From the NCBI RefSeq assembly GCF_964355755.1, contig NC_092670.1, positions 39,730,388-39,794,387 of the forward strand: a stretch of 64,000 nt of DNA, in the 5' to 3' direction. Each line of letters starts with the position of its first letter. The first letter of the stretch is position 1. Made by a program: the position numbers and the translations under genes. Under the pieces are notes generated by a model that was not told where the DNA came from, searched no databases, and saw nothing but the letters and a program-made list of their open reading frames with translations. This document shows positions 27,276 through 40,884 of the stretch, piece after piece. The DNA is from Antedon mediterranea (lineage: Eukaryota > Animalia > Echinodermata).

Positions 27276-30200
27276 ATGGTGCGTATACATTTATTTGATT
27301 TTTCTTTGTAATTCGGGTTTATGATCAGTTCTACTCTAGCCTATTAGGCCCAGCTATTAGGAGTAGGCCTAGGCCTAGGCGAATGCTAGGCCCTCAACAA
27401 GATTCCTAATCCTAACTAGACTAGATAAGGTGGGTAGGCGTGTTGATTAACTCCCTGGGTAGGCTACCTTGTTAAGGCTTCCTAAAGGTGTAGACCAGTA
27501 GTACGTCTAGGTTATTATTACTGCTACAGTACCATATATATTCCACGTCGTTGTATTTGTTGGCTTACAACGTTACATGTGTTTAAGACAGTAGGTAGAT
27601 AGCATATTATGGAGTATATTTTTTAGTGGGAATCCTGCACAACCTAATATACTGCTGTTACTTATATTATTAATGTAAATAAATGCTTACCAAAATAACC
27701 TACTTAGGCATACCTTGATTGGTTAAATGATACCAAACCATATAGCATTTTTATGATATAAATGTATGAGCGAGTGTTATATAATATTGTATTGTGTCTA
27801 TTTTGATTTTAGTCGTCGGGTGAAAGAGATTTTATTATCCCAGTGATTGATGATGATGAAAGAGAGGACGAATATGAAGAAGAAGTGAGTGTTGAGCAGC
27901 AGTTAGTAGAGTTCAGGAACAAATGGAAAGAAGAATTGAATTTAGACACGATGAAAGAGAAAGAGGAACAAGAAAAAAAGAAGCACGAGGAATCTACAAA
28001 AGAACAGAAGGTAAAGACATTCTCTAGGTTGTGATTTTTATTTGATTATTATTATAAAGTTGAAATTGAAGTAAAATTGCTGAAGTAGTATAAGTATTGT
28101 AAAATCGTTTATCATAATTTCATTTTCAGGCTGAAAAACTGTTTCTTGAAGGAGTTGCAGCTGAAAGAGTTGGTCATCTGTATGATGGTAGGACAAATAA
28201 GAAGTCTTTGTAGTACATTTTATACCCACATGTGTATAATAAACCAACCCCATATGGCAAAATAGCACTTAAGCCCTGTCTACAATATCGAACTAGTTCG
28301 ATAAAAAAAGTATGATGTGCCTAAATGTGGTGGCGATATGATATCATCATGTCCATATTGGCATAATAAATTTTATCACATAAAGTTTGATAGTGTAGAC
28401 AGAGATTTAGGACTGTAGTCATGGCCTGACTGCAATATTGATTAATTTTTAAATTTGTTTTAATTTTCAGCAATCTCATTTTATAGTCAAGCAATTAAGC
28501 TTGTTCCTGATATTGAATCAAAAATTCAATTTCAAACTGGAGGTAAGCAATTATGTTATGCATGCTTTGATATAATGTATTTAGTAGGACACATTATTTA
28601 ACACATTCATAATTTAATCGACAATAATAAATAATTGTGTTTTTTTTATAGAATGTTCAAGTGAAGATGAGAATGAAGAGTAAGTATAACATGTTGGAAG
28701 TCAGTGTTTTAGCCTTTACTTAGTAGTGTTTTAGCCTTTACTTAGTAGTGTTTTAGCCTTTACTTAGTAGTGTTTTAGCCTTTACTTAGTAGTGTTTTAG
28801 CCTTTACTTAGTAGTGTTTTAGCCTTTACTTAGTAGTGTTTTAGCCTTTACTTAGTAGTGTTTTAGCCTTTACTTAGTAGTGTTTTAGCCTTTACTTAGT
28901 AGTGTTTTAGCCTTTACTTAGTAGTGTTTTAGCCTTTACTTAGTAGTGTTTTAGCCTTTACTTAGTAGTGTTTTAGCCTTTACTTAGTAGTGTTTTAGCC
29001 TTTACTTAGTAGTGTTTTAGCCTTTACTTAGTAGTGTTTTAGCCTTTACTTAGTAGTGTTTTAGCCTTTACTTAGTAGTGTTTCAGTATCCTAACTGGTT
29101 AGAGTGTAAATTATTCACTTGGCTAATGTATGGTCAAGACATGATGATGCATTTTCATAATAAGTATTTTAATGAACTTAAATCTATGGACTTTGAAAAC
29201 TAGCGCAAAACTTGTACTGTATCATATTTATAATTATTTGTTTCTCATTTTCTACAACTTTTAGGACAGATACTATTGGGGAAGATGTAGATAATATCAT
29301 TAGCACCCTTAACAATATGACAATAGATAATGTCAAAAGCCATTGTGAACCTGAATGTGAGCAAAAGGTTGGTTGAACAATCCCAGGCTCCTGAATTGTG
29401 CCTGTATAATAGGCCTCATTTAAATCATGGGTTTAATGCTTTAACAGCAAAATGCGAAAAGCCTTCAGATAATCTATATTGTTTTGACAACTCTTGTAAC
29501 ATAACCACAGTTCTCATTTTGCCATTTTTCCCATAACCGATAACCAAATTTGTATTTAATTGTATTAACCTCCAGTTGGATTTTTAACAAAAATAAAACC
29601 TTTAATTGTGTTTGTCTAAGCCATGTAAATGAGTTCCTAAAAATACTAGGGACCGGGAAGATATGGCAGTGTGGAACGGAACTGGCCACCCTACCAAGGC
29701 CGTAGGCAGATGAGGCGCTCTGTTTTTAACCTCTCTTGCTACGGCCTTGCCTATCCCATAATACTGAAGCTTAGTACAACAGCTCATTCAGCTCAGAATG
29801 AATATAGGACTCACTAAACAACAGTACAACAGCTCATTCCCCTACAGATGTTCAGTTCACTAAACAGTTTAAAATGTTACCTTGTTTTTCAGGAAACTCA
29901 CATTTCCAGCCTACCTGTTGAGTTACTTCTTTACATCTTTAGATGGGTCGTTAGCGATGAGCTTGACTTGCGTAGTCTGGAGCAACTTTCCTGTGTTTGT
30001 CACGGATTTTACGTTTGTTCACGTGATCCGGAACTATGGAGACTTTCGTGCCAAAGGTGGATTTGACTGAATATTTGTTATATTACTTGGACAGCTTTAA
30101 CGATCAACAATAAAAAATTTCCGGAAATCATGACATTATAATAATAAGAATAAGGCAGCTCATGTCTGCCTTATTCCAATCCAGTCAGGCCTTTATATTG

Positions 30201-32935
30201 CTAACCTCTCTCTTCAATGAGATCCACCCAGTGGCTCTCCAATGCTGGAGGCTTTGGGCATTTTTAGCTTTTTAGACATATTTTAATGCCGGTTCTTGGC
30301 ACTGCTCAGTGGCCCCCATAAGCTCCGGGGCGCCTGGGTTTAGCTAGTGGGCGCTCATAGCCATTACGCCGCTGGATCCAGCCACCAATACAAACAGCGT
30401 ATGTTATTTTTTTCAGTAATTTGCCTTTAGATTTATTTTAAAAACTGAAGCGTTTTATAATGAAATCTAAAACCCAGTATTTAAAACTGATATAGAAAGT
30501 TAAATAAGACTATATTCAATTATAGAGTATGGGGAAAGACAGCGTGGCTTACCAAGGATTTTCCAAGCTGGCGTGATATGTTTGTGCGTCGCCCTCACCT
30601 TCGTTTTGATGGTATCTATATCAGTAAGATTCAGTATTATCGTTTTGGTGAGGCAGGTCTTGATCACTTCTACAAACCATTTCATTTGGTGGAGTATTAC
30701 CGATACCTTCGGGTTTTTCCAGATGGTAAGGACCTTCAATTTATCTGCAATGAGAATGTAGCATTAATAGACTAGTGTAATTGGAATAATAATGTATAAA
30801 GTATTTTGTAAAGGTTTCACCAATGGGCATGGAAAAAGAGAAGGAAAAGCAACAATGAAAATGCAATTGAAAGTTCTTTGTCTTTTAAATCCTGTATTAC
30901 TTTTTTATATTTTGTACATAATTTAGTTTAAGTTTCCTTGTAAATAATAATAATTTTTTTTTTTTTTATTTATTTCATTTACTCTGGACGCATCTTCATT
31001 CAAAATGTGTGCCACATGTAGCTTCCAAATAAATGATTATATTATAGGCCTAATGATATGGTTGTTGTTTACAAATAGGCCACGTGATAATGCTGACCAC
31101 AGCAGAAGAACCAAGCATAATGGTTATGAAACTGCGTTCAAAGACGACATCTTTTGAAGGGATCCAAGTTGGCAAATATAAGATGATTGGGGATTTGGTA
31201 TGCTGTATTGTTAATTAAAGATGTATTGTCCCCCAAAAACATGAAAAATGAAGATTAATAAAATCAGACTTTAAATAGGCCACTGTTGCAGTTTTAATAA
31301 AGTTATTTACTTCTGTAAAAAAAATCCCAATACTTCACTTATAAAAAGAGAAAAAAAAACGGTTAATTTTAACTAAAAAACATTGTCTGAAAGACAAGTT
31401 AAATATTTTTTGCTTTAAATTACATTTTTTTGTCTAAGTGAATAACTATTATGCGATATTAAAATGGCATAGGCCTATTCAAAAACAAGCTGGACGATTA
31501 TTATAAAAAGACAATATAAACATAATTCTTAAGTATGAAATATATGGATATAAAAAAATACTTACATTACCATTCAGAAATAACTTCGATATTCTCCTGT
31601 GTATATTAAACAATTTTTTATAATGTTGTTACAATCCTTGCTAAGAAATGTTTTAAATAGTCAATCAATAATAGATTTACAATAGAGGGAAATGGCGAAG
31701 CATGATATCACGGAAAATTGCCGATCGGATTTCCTTTATGTTACTTTAGTGTATATACAACACCTTTGAAAAACATAATATACACAAATAGAATAAGGAA
31801 AATATATATATATAATACTCAGTGGTATAATGTAGAGACCTGAGGCCCTTGGTTTAGAAACTCTAAGTGGCCCTCCAACGTTTTAATGCCCGTTTTTTCC
31901 CTCTGGGCACTGCTCAGGGGCCCCATAAGCTCAGAGGGCCCTGGGTGTAACCAGTGAGCCGTTACGCCACTGATAATACTCCTCTTAATGTATTATAATT
32001 AAATCTGAACACATTTGATTTCAATTCATGTTACAGACTGCGACAAATACCAACAGTACTGTTATATATTCTCCGCGGCGCGCGGTGTCTGTTAGGGGTC
32101 GTGAAACGGACCATGGATGTCGCAGTCACAAATAAACCATTTGATCTCCGGAGCTCAGCGTTCTATTTATGTAGTCATATTATGTGATTTGTGTGAGATG
32201 TCCTTCGAGTCCAAGCTGCTCCTAGAGAAATACGCCTAATACAACGTTTCTTCTTGTAGATGACGTGTGTGATGCAACGTGAAAATCTAAAGGTGTACGA
32301 CAATAAAATGAAACGATATCGTAAATGTAGAAGCCAAGACTCTAATAACAACAGCTACAATCAAACATTCCATATGGTATGAACACTTGCTTGTTATTTC
32401 TTAAAAACGTATCTGGATTCTAATTTTATTTTTCCATCCAAATGCTTTGGTACAAAAACAACTTTTGTTGAAATTGTTTTCAGGAATTCAAAGTGAGCGG
32501 TTCCATTCAGAGACCAAACACGCGGTTGGAATGGCGACGCTATACGGTTGAAACGCATCAAAGGTAGTAGAAAATATTTTCTGTTTTAGGCTACTTTATA
32601 CACGTAAAAGAAACCGTATTATTCTGTTTTATTTCATAATAGTGTGAATATCTAATACGGTATTCTTAAAACCAGATACAATCATACATACATGTTACAG
32701 GGATACAGTACTTATATTATTTAAGATTATACATTTAAAATTCTTAATTATTTAAATAATGAAGTATAACACACAAGTAAATCCTTACAAAATGATTATA
32801 TTATTAACATTATTTCTGTCTTGCAGACGTTCTGGTAGAAACACTTTCGGAGAAATTGACATCAACAACACATTTCCAACAATGTTCTTCTCACGTGTTA
32901 AGAGTTACTTAGCAATTTCCAGTAACCCACTGTAG
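27276..32935 (+). CDS. FBXO9: F-box only protein 9; exons 27276-27278, 27813-28010, 28130-28187, 28471-28542, 28652-28679, 29265-29367, 29893-30056, 30526-30725, 31079-31197, 32260-32376, 32484-32563, 32827-32935
   Basis: In-frame GT-AG joins. TPR-like [17 protein letters not shown]-box [63 protein letters not shown] and terminal FSRVKSY...PL*. The ATG-only first exon is the least certain. Confidence 0.92.
28703..29083. repeat. 22-bp minisatellite, about 17 perfect copies, in an FBXO9 intron
   Basis: (AGTGTTTTAGCCTTTACTTAGT)n. Confidence 0.97.
31820..31972. mobile_element. hAT-like MITE; related copies at about 30225-30375, 50895-51058 and 52320-52455 (reverse)
   Basis: CAGTGG...CCACTG termini, 8-bp TSD ATAATACT (31812-31819 and 31973-31980), shared GC-rich interior. 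Confidence 0.8.
32036..32235 (+). ncRNA. Candidate intronic structured RNA (H/ACA-like hairpin-hinge-hairpin)
   Basis: Perfect 10-bp stem GACTGCGACA/TGTCGCAGTC, an ANANNA hinge, a second stem TCTC.GGAGC/GCTCC.AGAGA, then ATA/ACA; a GC-rich island in an AT-rich intron. No family recognised. Confidence 0.35.
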
Positions 32936-33664
32936 AATAGGGTTGAACACGGAGAAATAAGTATCCATGATTTGAGTGTGTACAATTTTAAAAATGTTTT
33001 ATAAGTCGAAATTAGCATAATAATATAACGTATTGATGCCTTATGATAAATCGCCTTCGTTCATACAGACAGTGACGCAAAGTTTTATTTCTGGTTCATT
33101 TGAAATCTACTATCGCAAAAAAAAACTTTTGAAAGAATTCGAAGAAGTTATAGAAGAAAGGACAAAAAAGATTATATTTAAAATGTTTGTAAATTTAACA
33201 TAATAGAAACGTCTTTTACATTTGTCATTCGTGATTTGTTTCTGCTGTGGTTTTTAAAACTTTGATTTGACGAGATGTCTGTATAAAACATCAACTACTA
33301 AAACTGCAATTTGATTTGTATTATCAATATTTTTACTTTTTTAACCACCAGAGATCAGCTATTTAAATATATCTGATATTATAATGTGTATAGATAATAT
33401 CAATGATTTACTTATTATTTACACCATGGAGAAATAACTTATTTTATTCTCCATGTTTACACTTACCATGTCTAACTAAATTTAACTTACTAATTATACA
33501 TATCATTTTACTAAAATACCGTAGTCCACACAGATGTGTTGGTTTAAGTTGTGTAGAACACAAACACGATTAAGCATACACAAGTTTTATATTAAAATTA
33601 TTTTAATTTGTGTGCAAATTATGTTTTCTATTTTTGTTTCGGTGTCAACGAGCTAACCACCCAT

Positions 33665-36600
33665 TCAAATACTACTGGATTTAATAGTAGTATTTTGAGA
33701 CGGTCTTTTATTTCTTTGCGATGTTAGTATTCTCTTCGTTGAATAGGTGATGTTGAACGCAATGAATATGAAAACGCCTTGAAGAGAGTTTAGGATGACA
33801 AAGAGATACCAGAGGATCACGTGATCAAAGAACGACGCAAGAAATCCAAATATCAAGGATAATCCCATAACTGTTGAAATCTGAAAATGTTAATAATTTA
33901 AACAAATTTAATTGGTTGGAAATTACAATAATTATATTAAATGTATGCTTATAAGGTTTATCGCAAATAACGTCATTGCACAATGCATGGCGGAAAGGGT
34001 TTGGGAGCAAACGTCACGTCACGTAGGCCTACGTACAAACAGCAAATCACGTACGTGCTGGTACGTGCGCGTCGTGACGTGCTCTCAAACCCTTCTCACC
34101 ACGCACGCTATTTGCAAAAAACCTTATTTTTAGAAACTCGTTATCTACTAGGCCTAGACTATACTGTATTATTCAAATGCTATAGCATGCCTATGGCCTA
34201 CTGTATAGTAATACTATGTTATCATAGGCCTAATATAACATTTGTTACCCGTATGTAGACGAAAAGTTCTTCAGCTAGCTGCTTTTGCTTTGACTTGTCA
34301 CCACTGACAACGGCAGTGGATTGTTTACTTTCTCTGATTCCGCAAATCGTTGCAACAAATAGTATAGCGTTTGGTAAAAGAATGACAGCCAAAGGAATGC
34401 CGAATACGTACAACAATGCAACCTCATCCCGAATCCAACAGATAGAATCATCTCCGTATATCACGTTTAAGCCCGTACAATCACAATGATGCAAGCTCAT
34501 AAGTACTCCAATGTAAACTGCAGGAATTCCCCAACTATAGATAAAGTAGTACATAAACGATTTCTTCTTTGAACGCTTACTTCTAGGTGCCGCTCTAAAA
34601 ACTAAGAATGTTCTAGAAAGTTCAAACGCAATGGTGTTCATCCATAAGAAACAAACCAGCCAAAGGTAAAGCAGAAACACAGCCAATACTGTGCAAAGCG
34701 TTTCCCATCTAATAAAATTGCCTTGAATGAGTGTAAGCAACAAAGCGCCAAACAACGAGATGGAGATATTTATAAGAATGTTTCCAGACAATGTTCTAAG
34801 TTCTGCGAAGATTATACGTAGAATAATCGTTAAGAGAAGACCAAGGAGCGACAGAATGGTCCCAATAACACTGATGTACGATAAGATTCCATCATACTTG
34901 AAAAATTGATTTATTTTCAATACAATCTTTTCTCCAGTTTGATTCTGAAAAGAACACACTCGAACAGTGTCGGTCGTGTTCGAGAAAATTATCTCATCTT
35001 CTTGAAATACTTTTCCTGTTGAATCATTGTAAACATAAGTTCCATTCCCTTGATCGATGAAAGCCGATGCAAGTAGTGACGTTTGTGGACAAAATTGACA
35101 TGTTGATACTGACAGACTTCTACAACTGTAAGACTCATTACTGAACTGGTGAACAACCTCTAAAAGATACCCACCATTAGGAAATAGTGCAGTATGGTTG
35201 TCGTCGTAATCAAGAAATTCATCTGTGATGTTTTCACGAGGACAGAATAAATTCTCGGGTAGTTTTGTTGTTGAACAGTTGTGTGTAAAGGTGACAAGAT
35301 TCAACTGAGTAGTGTTAGTGTTATTGATTCCAGTCATTACTAAGTTATAGATAGCATACACTAAATCGCAATGATTTGCCGACATTGAGATTGACATTAC
35401 TGACTTGTTCATCTTCTGCGTCAATATTTTGTGATGATATTTAACTTGAAGTATTTTCAGATTGTCAGTAAATTCATCAACACATGTAGCATTTTGAACA
35501 CCTTGATAATGGTAATCGACTGATACTGATTGTTCTTGTAGACTGCAAGAACAAAATGTCTGTTGATGTATCTTCTTGTCACTTTTTGTGCAATCGGTGA
35601 GATTGAATGGCGCGTGCGCGTCGACGCATTGGGAATCTTGAAGCGACAATCCAGGACTACACGATAGCGCAATACACTTGCTTGTGAATGGATCGAAAAC
35701 CTCACCAGTAGCACAGGTGACTCCTTCTGTGACGTAAGACCCTGACTCAGAGTCAATGCGGACAGAGCTTTGGGCAGAAAAGTCAACTACAACTGTTAGT
35801 GGTGTAAGTCCAAGTTCTGGGCCTTCACTAAACGAAGGATCTTCACATGAATATTCGTTCATATCGTTACAAATTGCACAATTTTGGTTTTTATAGACAC
35901 GTGGTCCATCATCATCATAAACAATAGCTGTGTAGTTCCGTTCTTCACATGCGTAAATCACACTTTCATTAGAATAGCTTTCTTTACAATGCCCTACTGC
36001 TTTCCAATTGCAAGCCCGCCTTGTATCGTTAGTACCTAATAGCTTAAATTCTTTTTTAAAACCTTCGTCGATATTTTTTAATTCTAGACAAGTATTCCCG
36101 CTGCAATAAAACGTCACTTCCCATGCCGTTACGTTGGTAGTTGATACACCATTGCAAAGAGCGCAATACACGTTTCTATATATATTATCGTCTTGATCTG
36201 ACACGATAATCGTCAAAAGAATGTCATTTTCTCTTGGATTTTCACATCTTTCAACGTAAACAGAACTTGTATCTCTACATAAACCAATTGCGTAAAAGCC
36301 AGATGTGAATTTTCTATCTCCTGGAATACATTTTAATAATATATTCGAGTACGGTGCTTCTACAAATTGTGAAGATGGGCAGGTTGACCCATAGTCGTAG
36401 CAACAATCTTCAAAGTATTGGCAAGCTGGATCACATCCACATTCAACTCCTACGTTGGTTGGAGGCGATCCACAACGATTTTCACATAGATGGTGTACAC
36501 ACACTACAAAACACCAGGAAAGAAAAGGTAAACATTAATTTGAATTTGCACATTTGTAGAATTTCTTTTGCACATTCAACGTCAAAACTGATCGTTTTTT

Positions 36601-36907
36601 TACATTTAACGACGTGATGTTTGCATTTTACTGAATTACGAATGATTTGCACATTTGAGGGTGCCAGGTTTGCACAAATGTGGTTGTTCGCACAAATGTG
36701 ACGTTTTGCACATTCCACAGCCCATCAAGGCTTAAACCTACCAACATAAACCCAAGTTCTATTTTCATCCCATTTGATTGTGCAACAAATTGATCAAAAG
36801 TCATGCCAATGGGCTGCGCTGCTGTAATACTTACTTTCATGGCAGACCACGATATATGATAACAGGCCCACTGTTACAAAGACTGTAATATACGTTGTTG
36901 AACACAT
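33665..36907 (-). CDS. Family-B (secretin/adhesion/Methuselah-like) 7TM receptor with a somatomedin-B-like N-terminus; exons 36835-36907, 34249-36503, 33665-33880
   Basis: Signal peptide MCSTTYITVFVTVGLLSYIVVC, SMB-like CENRC..CGCDPACQYFEDCCYDY, YRNVYCALCN and YKNQNCAICN repeats, and 7tm_2 motifs (FLWMN, YSWGIP, YG..ICWI, LNSLQGVFIF). Confidence 0.88.
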
Positions 36908-38830
36908 GTTTATTAATCTGTAAAACATGGTTATGTCAACAGGCGGATTCCTTCCCCTTCCTAAATTGAAAAAAATAATGTAAAAGTTAGTTCATATTTT
37001 TAAAATCAAGAATCTGCATAATTTGGTCAAACCATAGTGATTTTATAATGAACTATAATATCTCTATCACTAAAAACTTGGCACTGTCATAATGATGATG
37101 AGCCATTGTTTTGCAATAGGCCCAATTTTAGACACATTTTATTTTATCTTTTACGAAAATTCGTTGCTCGACAAGAAATTATATATTGTTACCTAGTATA
37201 ATGTAATCATTAGCCTAAAACTACGATATTTATATTTTAAAAATGAATATATTATTTTAAAATTATTAAACTCCGTAAAATTACCCATTGACGAATTGGG
37301 AATTTAAGTCTGCCTTACCTCCTAAACTCAAGTGGAAACCTCGTTCAAACGGCGACCAACGATCAACTGGTAATCGTTCATCATGAGTCGTTTAATAAAC
37401 GATCAATTCGTATTCCAATTTGACATTTGAGTGACATTTGAGCGACACTTGATTGACGCTGCGTTATTTGCTAAAATCTTGATTTCCCTAGATTATTTGC
37501 AAAAAAACTAAAAGCAGCATTTCGAGTATTTATTTTAGAAAAAATTCGGAATTAACTTTGAAATTAAATTAAAATAAATTATTCAGAATAAATGGCCTTA
37601 ATTGGTGAAATAATATATTATTTGTTGTATATAGTAAATTATAATGTAAAGTAAGGGCTCTAAACACAGCGTGTACAACTAAACATTTATTCAGAAGAGA
37701 GAGAACAATTATGGCACGCCAAAGGCGTCGTTACAACATGCATATATAACACATCCTCCCTACCATTTTAAGAATAGTAAGGGTCATTCCATCTCAGTTC
37801 ACCCAAAAAAAATGGAATTTTAAACCCTACCTCTTCCAATTTTGATGAAATTTGGTATATGGGTGATTCATAGCAATTAAAGCAAAAATTTCAAATTTTA
37901 ACTTTATCGGACCAACGGTTTTCGAGATATCGCAATTTAAATTTTCGGTTTTTACGCAAAAAAGGGCGCGACCGCCACGTTTCAAAGAGCTGTATCTCGG
38001 GAACTATAGGTTCGATTTTAAAAACAAAGGTATTTTTGTAAAGGGGAGACCATAAGGAACCTAAATATACTAATTCTGTGTGTTTTATGTTAATTTTAAG
38101 TTGAATAAAACTTTGACATATATTTTGACCTTGAAATCGACCCCGTGGAACACGCCCGATTTGTTGGTGACCATCACGAAAAATGTAGCCCTACGTGTCA
38201 ACTACAACATATAAAAAAATTGGAGGTTTTTTTTTGTTTGTTTCCATAAAATTACAATTTGAAGTTGACATACCTCTTCCTTTTAGTGTATTTTTGGTGT
38301 TGTTATACTTTATACACAGTGTGAACACTAACTGTTAAGGTGTCTTATTGTTACGCTTTCTCATCAGGCCCACTTAAACAGTAGATGTATTTTGATATGA
38401 GAAATACTGGGTAACTCACATACTTTTCAAATCAATTTTGACACATAGTTTAGTGTCCTTACTATGTTATTATGCACATTTACATATGCATAATAAGTGA
38501 TTGCAGATAACATACAACAGTTAACTGTATAGGCCTTTTTAAAGGTTGTCATCCCCTATTTAAAAACAAAACTACCAACCATGAAAAAAGTTCATTATTT
38601 CACAGATGGATGTGGCAGCTAATACAAAAACAAATATAACTTTATTAACCTTTGCCACCACCAGAAAGATTTTGGTTTAGACGCCGAGTGGAATTTTTTC
38701 GCTACATCGCATGGCAAGAGTGCATGTGATGGCATAGGTGGAACAGTTAAGAGGCTTGTCACTAAGAGAAGCTTACAGCGTTTGACTGAATGTCATATTC
38801 TCACATCTCTCAGTATGTTCGACTACTGTG

Positions 38831-39191
38831 TAATTTTTAATTTTTATTTTATGTCTTTAGGCAATGTGGCCAAGGATTACCAATAGTGAATTAATCACTG
38901 TCCTATCAGATACTGTAGGTGGTAATCCCCCTGATACAGGGGCTATTGTGTGAACCAGTTCACCGGGGTAACCCCTACTCTTTTTCGAATAATGAACTGG
39001 GTTCTTTAAAGTACACACAGGTTATAAATGTGTACACTGGACCTACGGTTTATAGTCCTTATCCGAGAAGACTTGTTCCACCACCAGAACTAGGAGCGAG
39101 TCGGCCTCGAACCCTTGCCGATGTTGTTCTTGGCTCTTTAGGTACGGTAAACTGCACCCCTGCCTTAACTGCTCAGCCATATGACTCGCTC
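38831..39191 (-). mobile_element. tRNA-derived SINE
   Basis: Minus strand has box A TGGCTGAGCAGTTAAGG, box B GGTTCGAGGCC, a 9-bp acceptor-like stem GAGCGAGTC/GACTCGCTC, a central domain resembling Meta-type SINEs (recalled, not verified) and an A-rich tail. Confidence 0.75.
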
Positions 39192-40884
39192 CGTATCCGG
39201 ATATTCACCCCCTGGACATTTACCCCCCGGACAACTACCCCCCGGACAACCACCACCTGGACCACTACCCCCTTAGGACAACTACCCCTTTAGGACAACT
39301 ACCCCCCGGACAAATACCCCCCGGACAACTACCCCCTTAGGACAACAACCCCCTTAGGACAACTACCCCCTGGACAACTACCCCCTGGACAACTACCCCC
39401 CGGACAATTACCCCCTAGGAACAATTACCCCCCGGACAATTACCTCCCGGACAATTACCCCCCGGACAATTACCACCCAGAAAACTATCCCTTTAGAACA
39501 CCCTAACCACCCAGACCATTCAACAACCTGACTCTGCAACTATTAATTAATAACTATATTTTAATTCGTTACTTTGACGAATTACTATTCATTATTGTAA
39601 ACAAAAGTAAAAGATTGAACATAAATATAGCCTGGTGGTGGTATAAACTGAAGATTGTCACACATGATCATAGGATAGTCGAACGTATTATATAGTACTC
39701 CATGTATTTACTGTAAAGACTGGGTTCGCTAATAATAATAATAATTTTTGCGTCAGGACAATGCTTCGATAACCACTGGTCTTAAAAGAATTAATTTTTG
39801 TCTCAAATTTGTCATATATGTATTTTTGTACACTTGAAGAATAATATCACTTTTGATATTTGACCTCAATGTTCACTCACCGAATAAACGTCGATCTTTA
39901 AATAAATTCCCCTCAAATAAACGGTGACCATGTCACTCCCATGAAACATCATATGGAATAATCGGCGTCTATTTCCATTAGATTATACCCCCTCCCATTG
40001 AATAAACAACTTTCTTCCAATAAATGTCCACCTAAAAACCACATAAACAATAAACAGCCCAGGCCGTTTTTTCAATAAATACGGTACTTTAAATCTAGCA
40101 CATCTAGGGTCTAGCGTGCTGTTAAACAAAACAGAATAATCGGTTAAAAACGGGTGTTTCGAAACTAGAGACCCGAGACCAGACACCAGAGACCCGAGAC
40201 CCAATACGAAAAGGGAGACCTAAATATACGAAAAGGGAGACCCACGTACGAAAAGGGAGACCCCACTATACCAAAAGGGAGACCCCACTATACGAAAAGG
40301 GAGACCCTAATATACGAAAAGGGAGACCTAAATATACGAAAAGGGAGACCAAATATACGAAAAGGGAGACCCAAATATACGAAATGGGAGACCTAAATAT
40401 ACGAAAAGGGAGACCCACTATAAGAAAAGGGAGACCCCACTATACGAAAAGAGAGACCACACTATACGAAAAGGGAGACCCTAATATACGAAAAGGGAGA
40501 CCCAAATATATATCTCCCTTTTCGTATTGGGTCTCGTGTCAGGTCTCTGGTCTCCGGTCTCTAGTTTCGAAACACCCGTTAAAAACAGATGATTTCATTT
40601 TTACAGAAACCGGTCCTATATATTTGTCTACTTTTGGATCGGGGGGGGTAGTTGACCGGGGGGTAGTTGACCGGGGGGTAGTTGTCCTAAGGGGGTAGTT
40701 GTCCTAAGAGGGTGGTTGTCCGGGGGGTAGTTGTCCGGGGGGTTGTTATCCTAAGGGGGTAGTTGTCCTAAGGGGGTAGTTGTCCGGGGGGTAGTTGTCC
40801 GGGGGGTAGTTGTCCTAAGGGGGTAGTTGTCCGGGTGGTAAACATCCGGGGGGTAACTGTCTAGGGGGTAGGTGTCCTAGAACC
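39192..40884. mobile_element. MULE-like non-autonomous element whose arms are built from ~16-17-bp GGACAACTACCCCC tandem repeats
   Basis: Inverted tandem arrays at 39200-39500 and 40640-40880; 9-bp TSD GACTCGCTC (39183-39191 and 40885-40893). Confidence 0.85.
40152..40577. mobile_element. MULE-like MITE with internal ~22-bp tandem repeats (TATACGAAAAGGGAGACCC)
   Basis: TIR GGGTGTTTCGAAACTAGAGACC, 9-bp TSD GTTAAAAAC (40143-40151 and 40578-40586). Confidence 0.9.

Noticed and set aside
32036-32245. Telomerase RNA, 7SK, U17 or hammerhead ribozyme
   Set aside because: No 1.5-repeat template (only CCCCTAAC on the minus strand), no paired GAUC motifs, U17 m1/m2-like words are wrongly placed, and there is no CUGANGA core.
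670-32935. Functional PI31/F-box gene pair
   Set aside because: PI31's established partner is FBXO7/Nutcracker; this F-box gene is FBXO9 and has no visible FP domain.
39085-39191. tRNA gene
   Set aside because: The tRNA-like head is over-long and continues into a SINE body and A-rich tail inside a transposase remnant.
39200-40880. Short regularly spaced repeats as a CRISPR or telomeric array, and ORFs 38919-39293 and 40384-40698
   Set aside because: They are subterminal or internal repeats of TSD-bounded DNA transposons; the ORFs are low-complexity translations.
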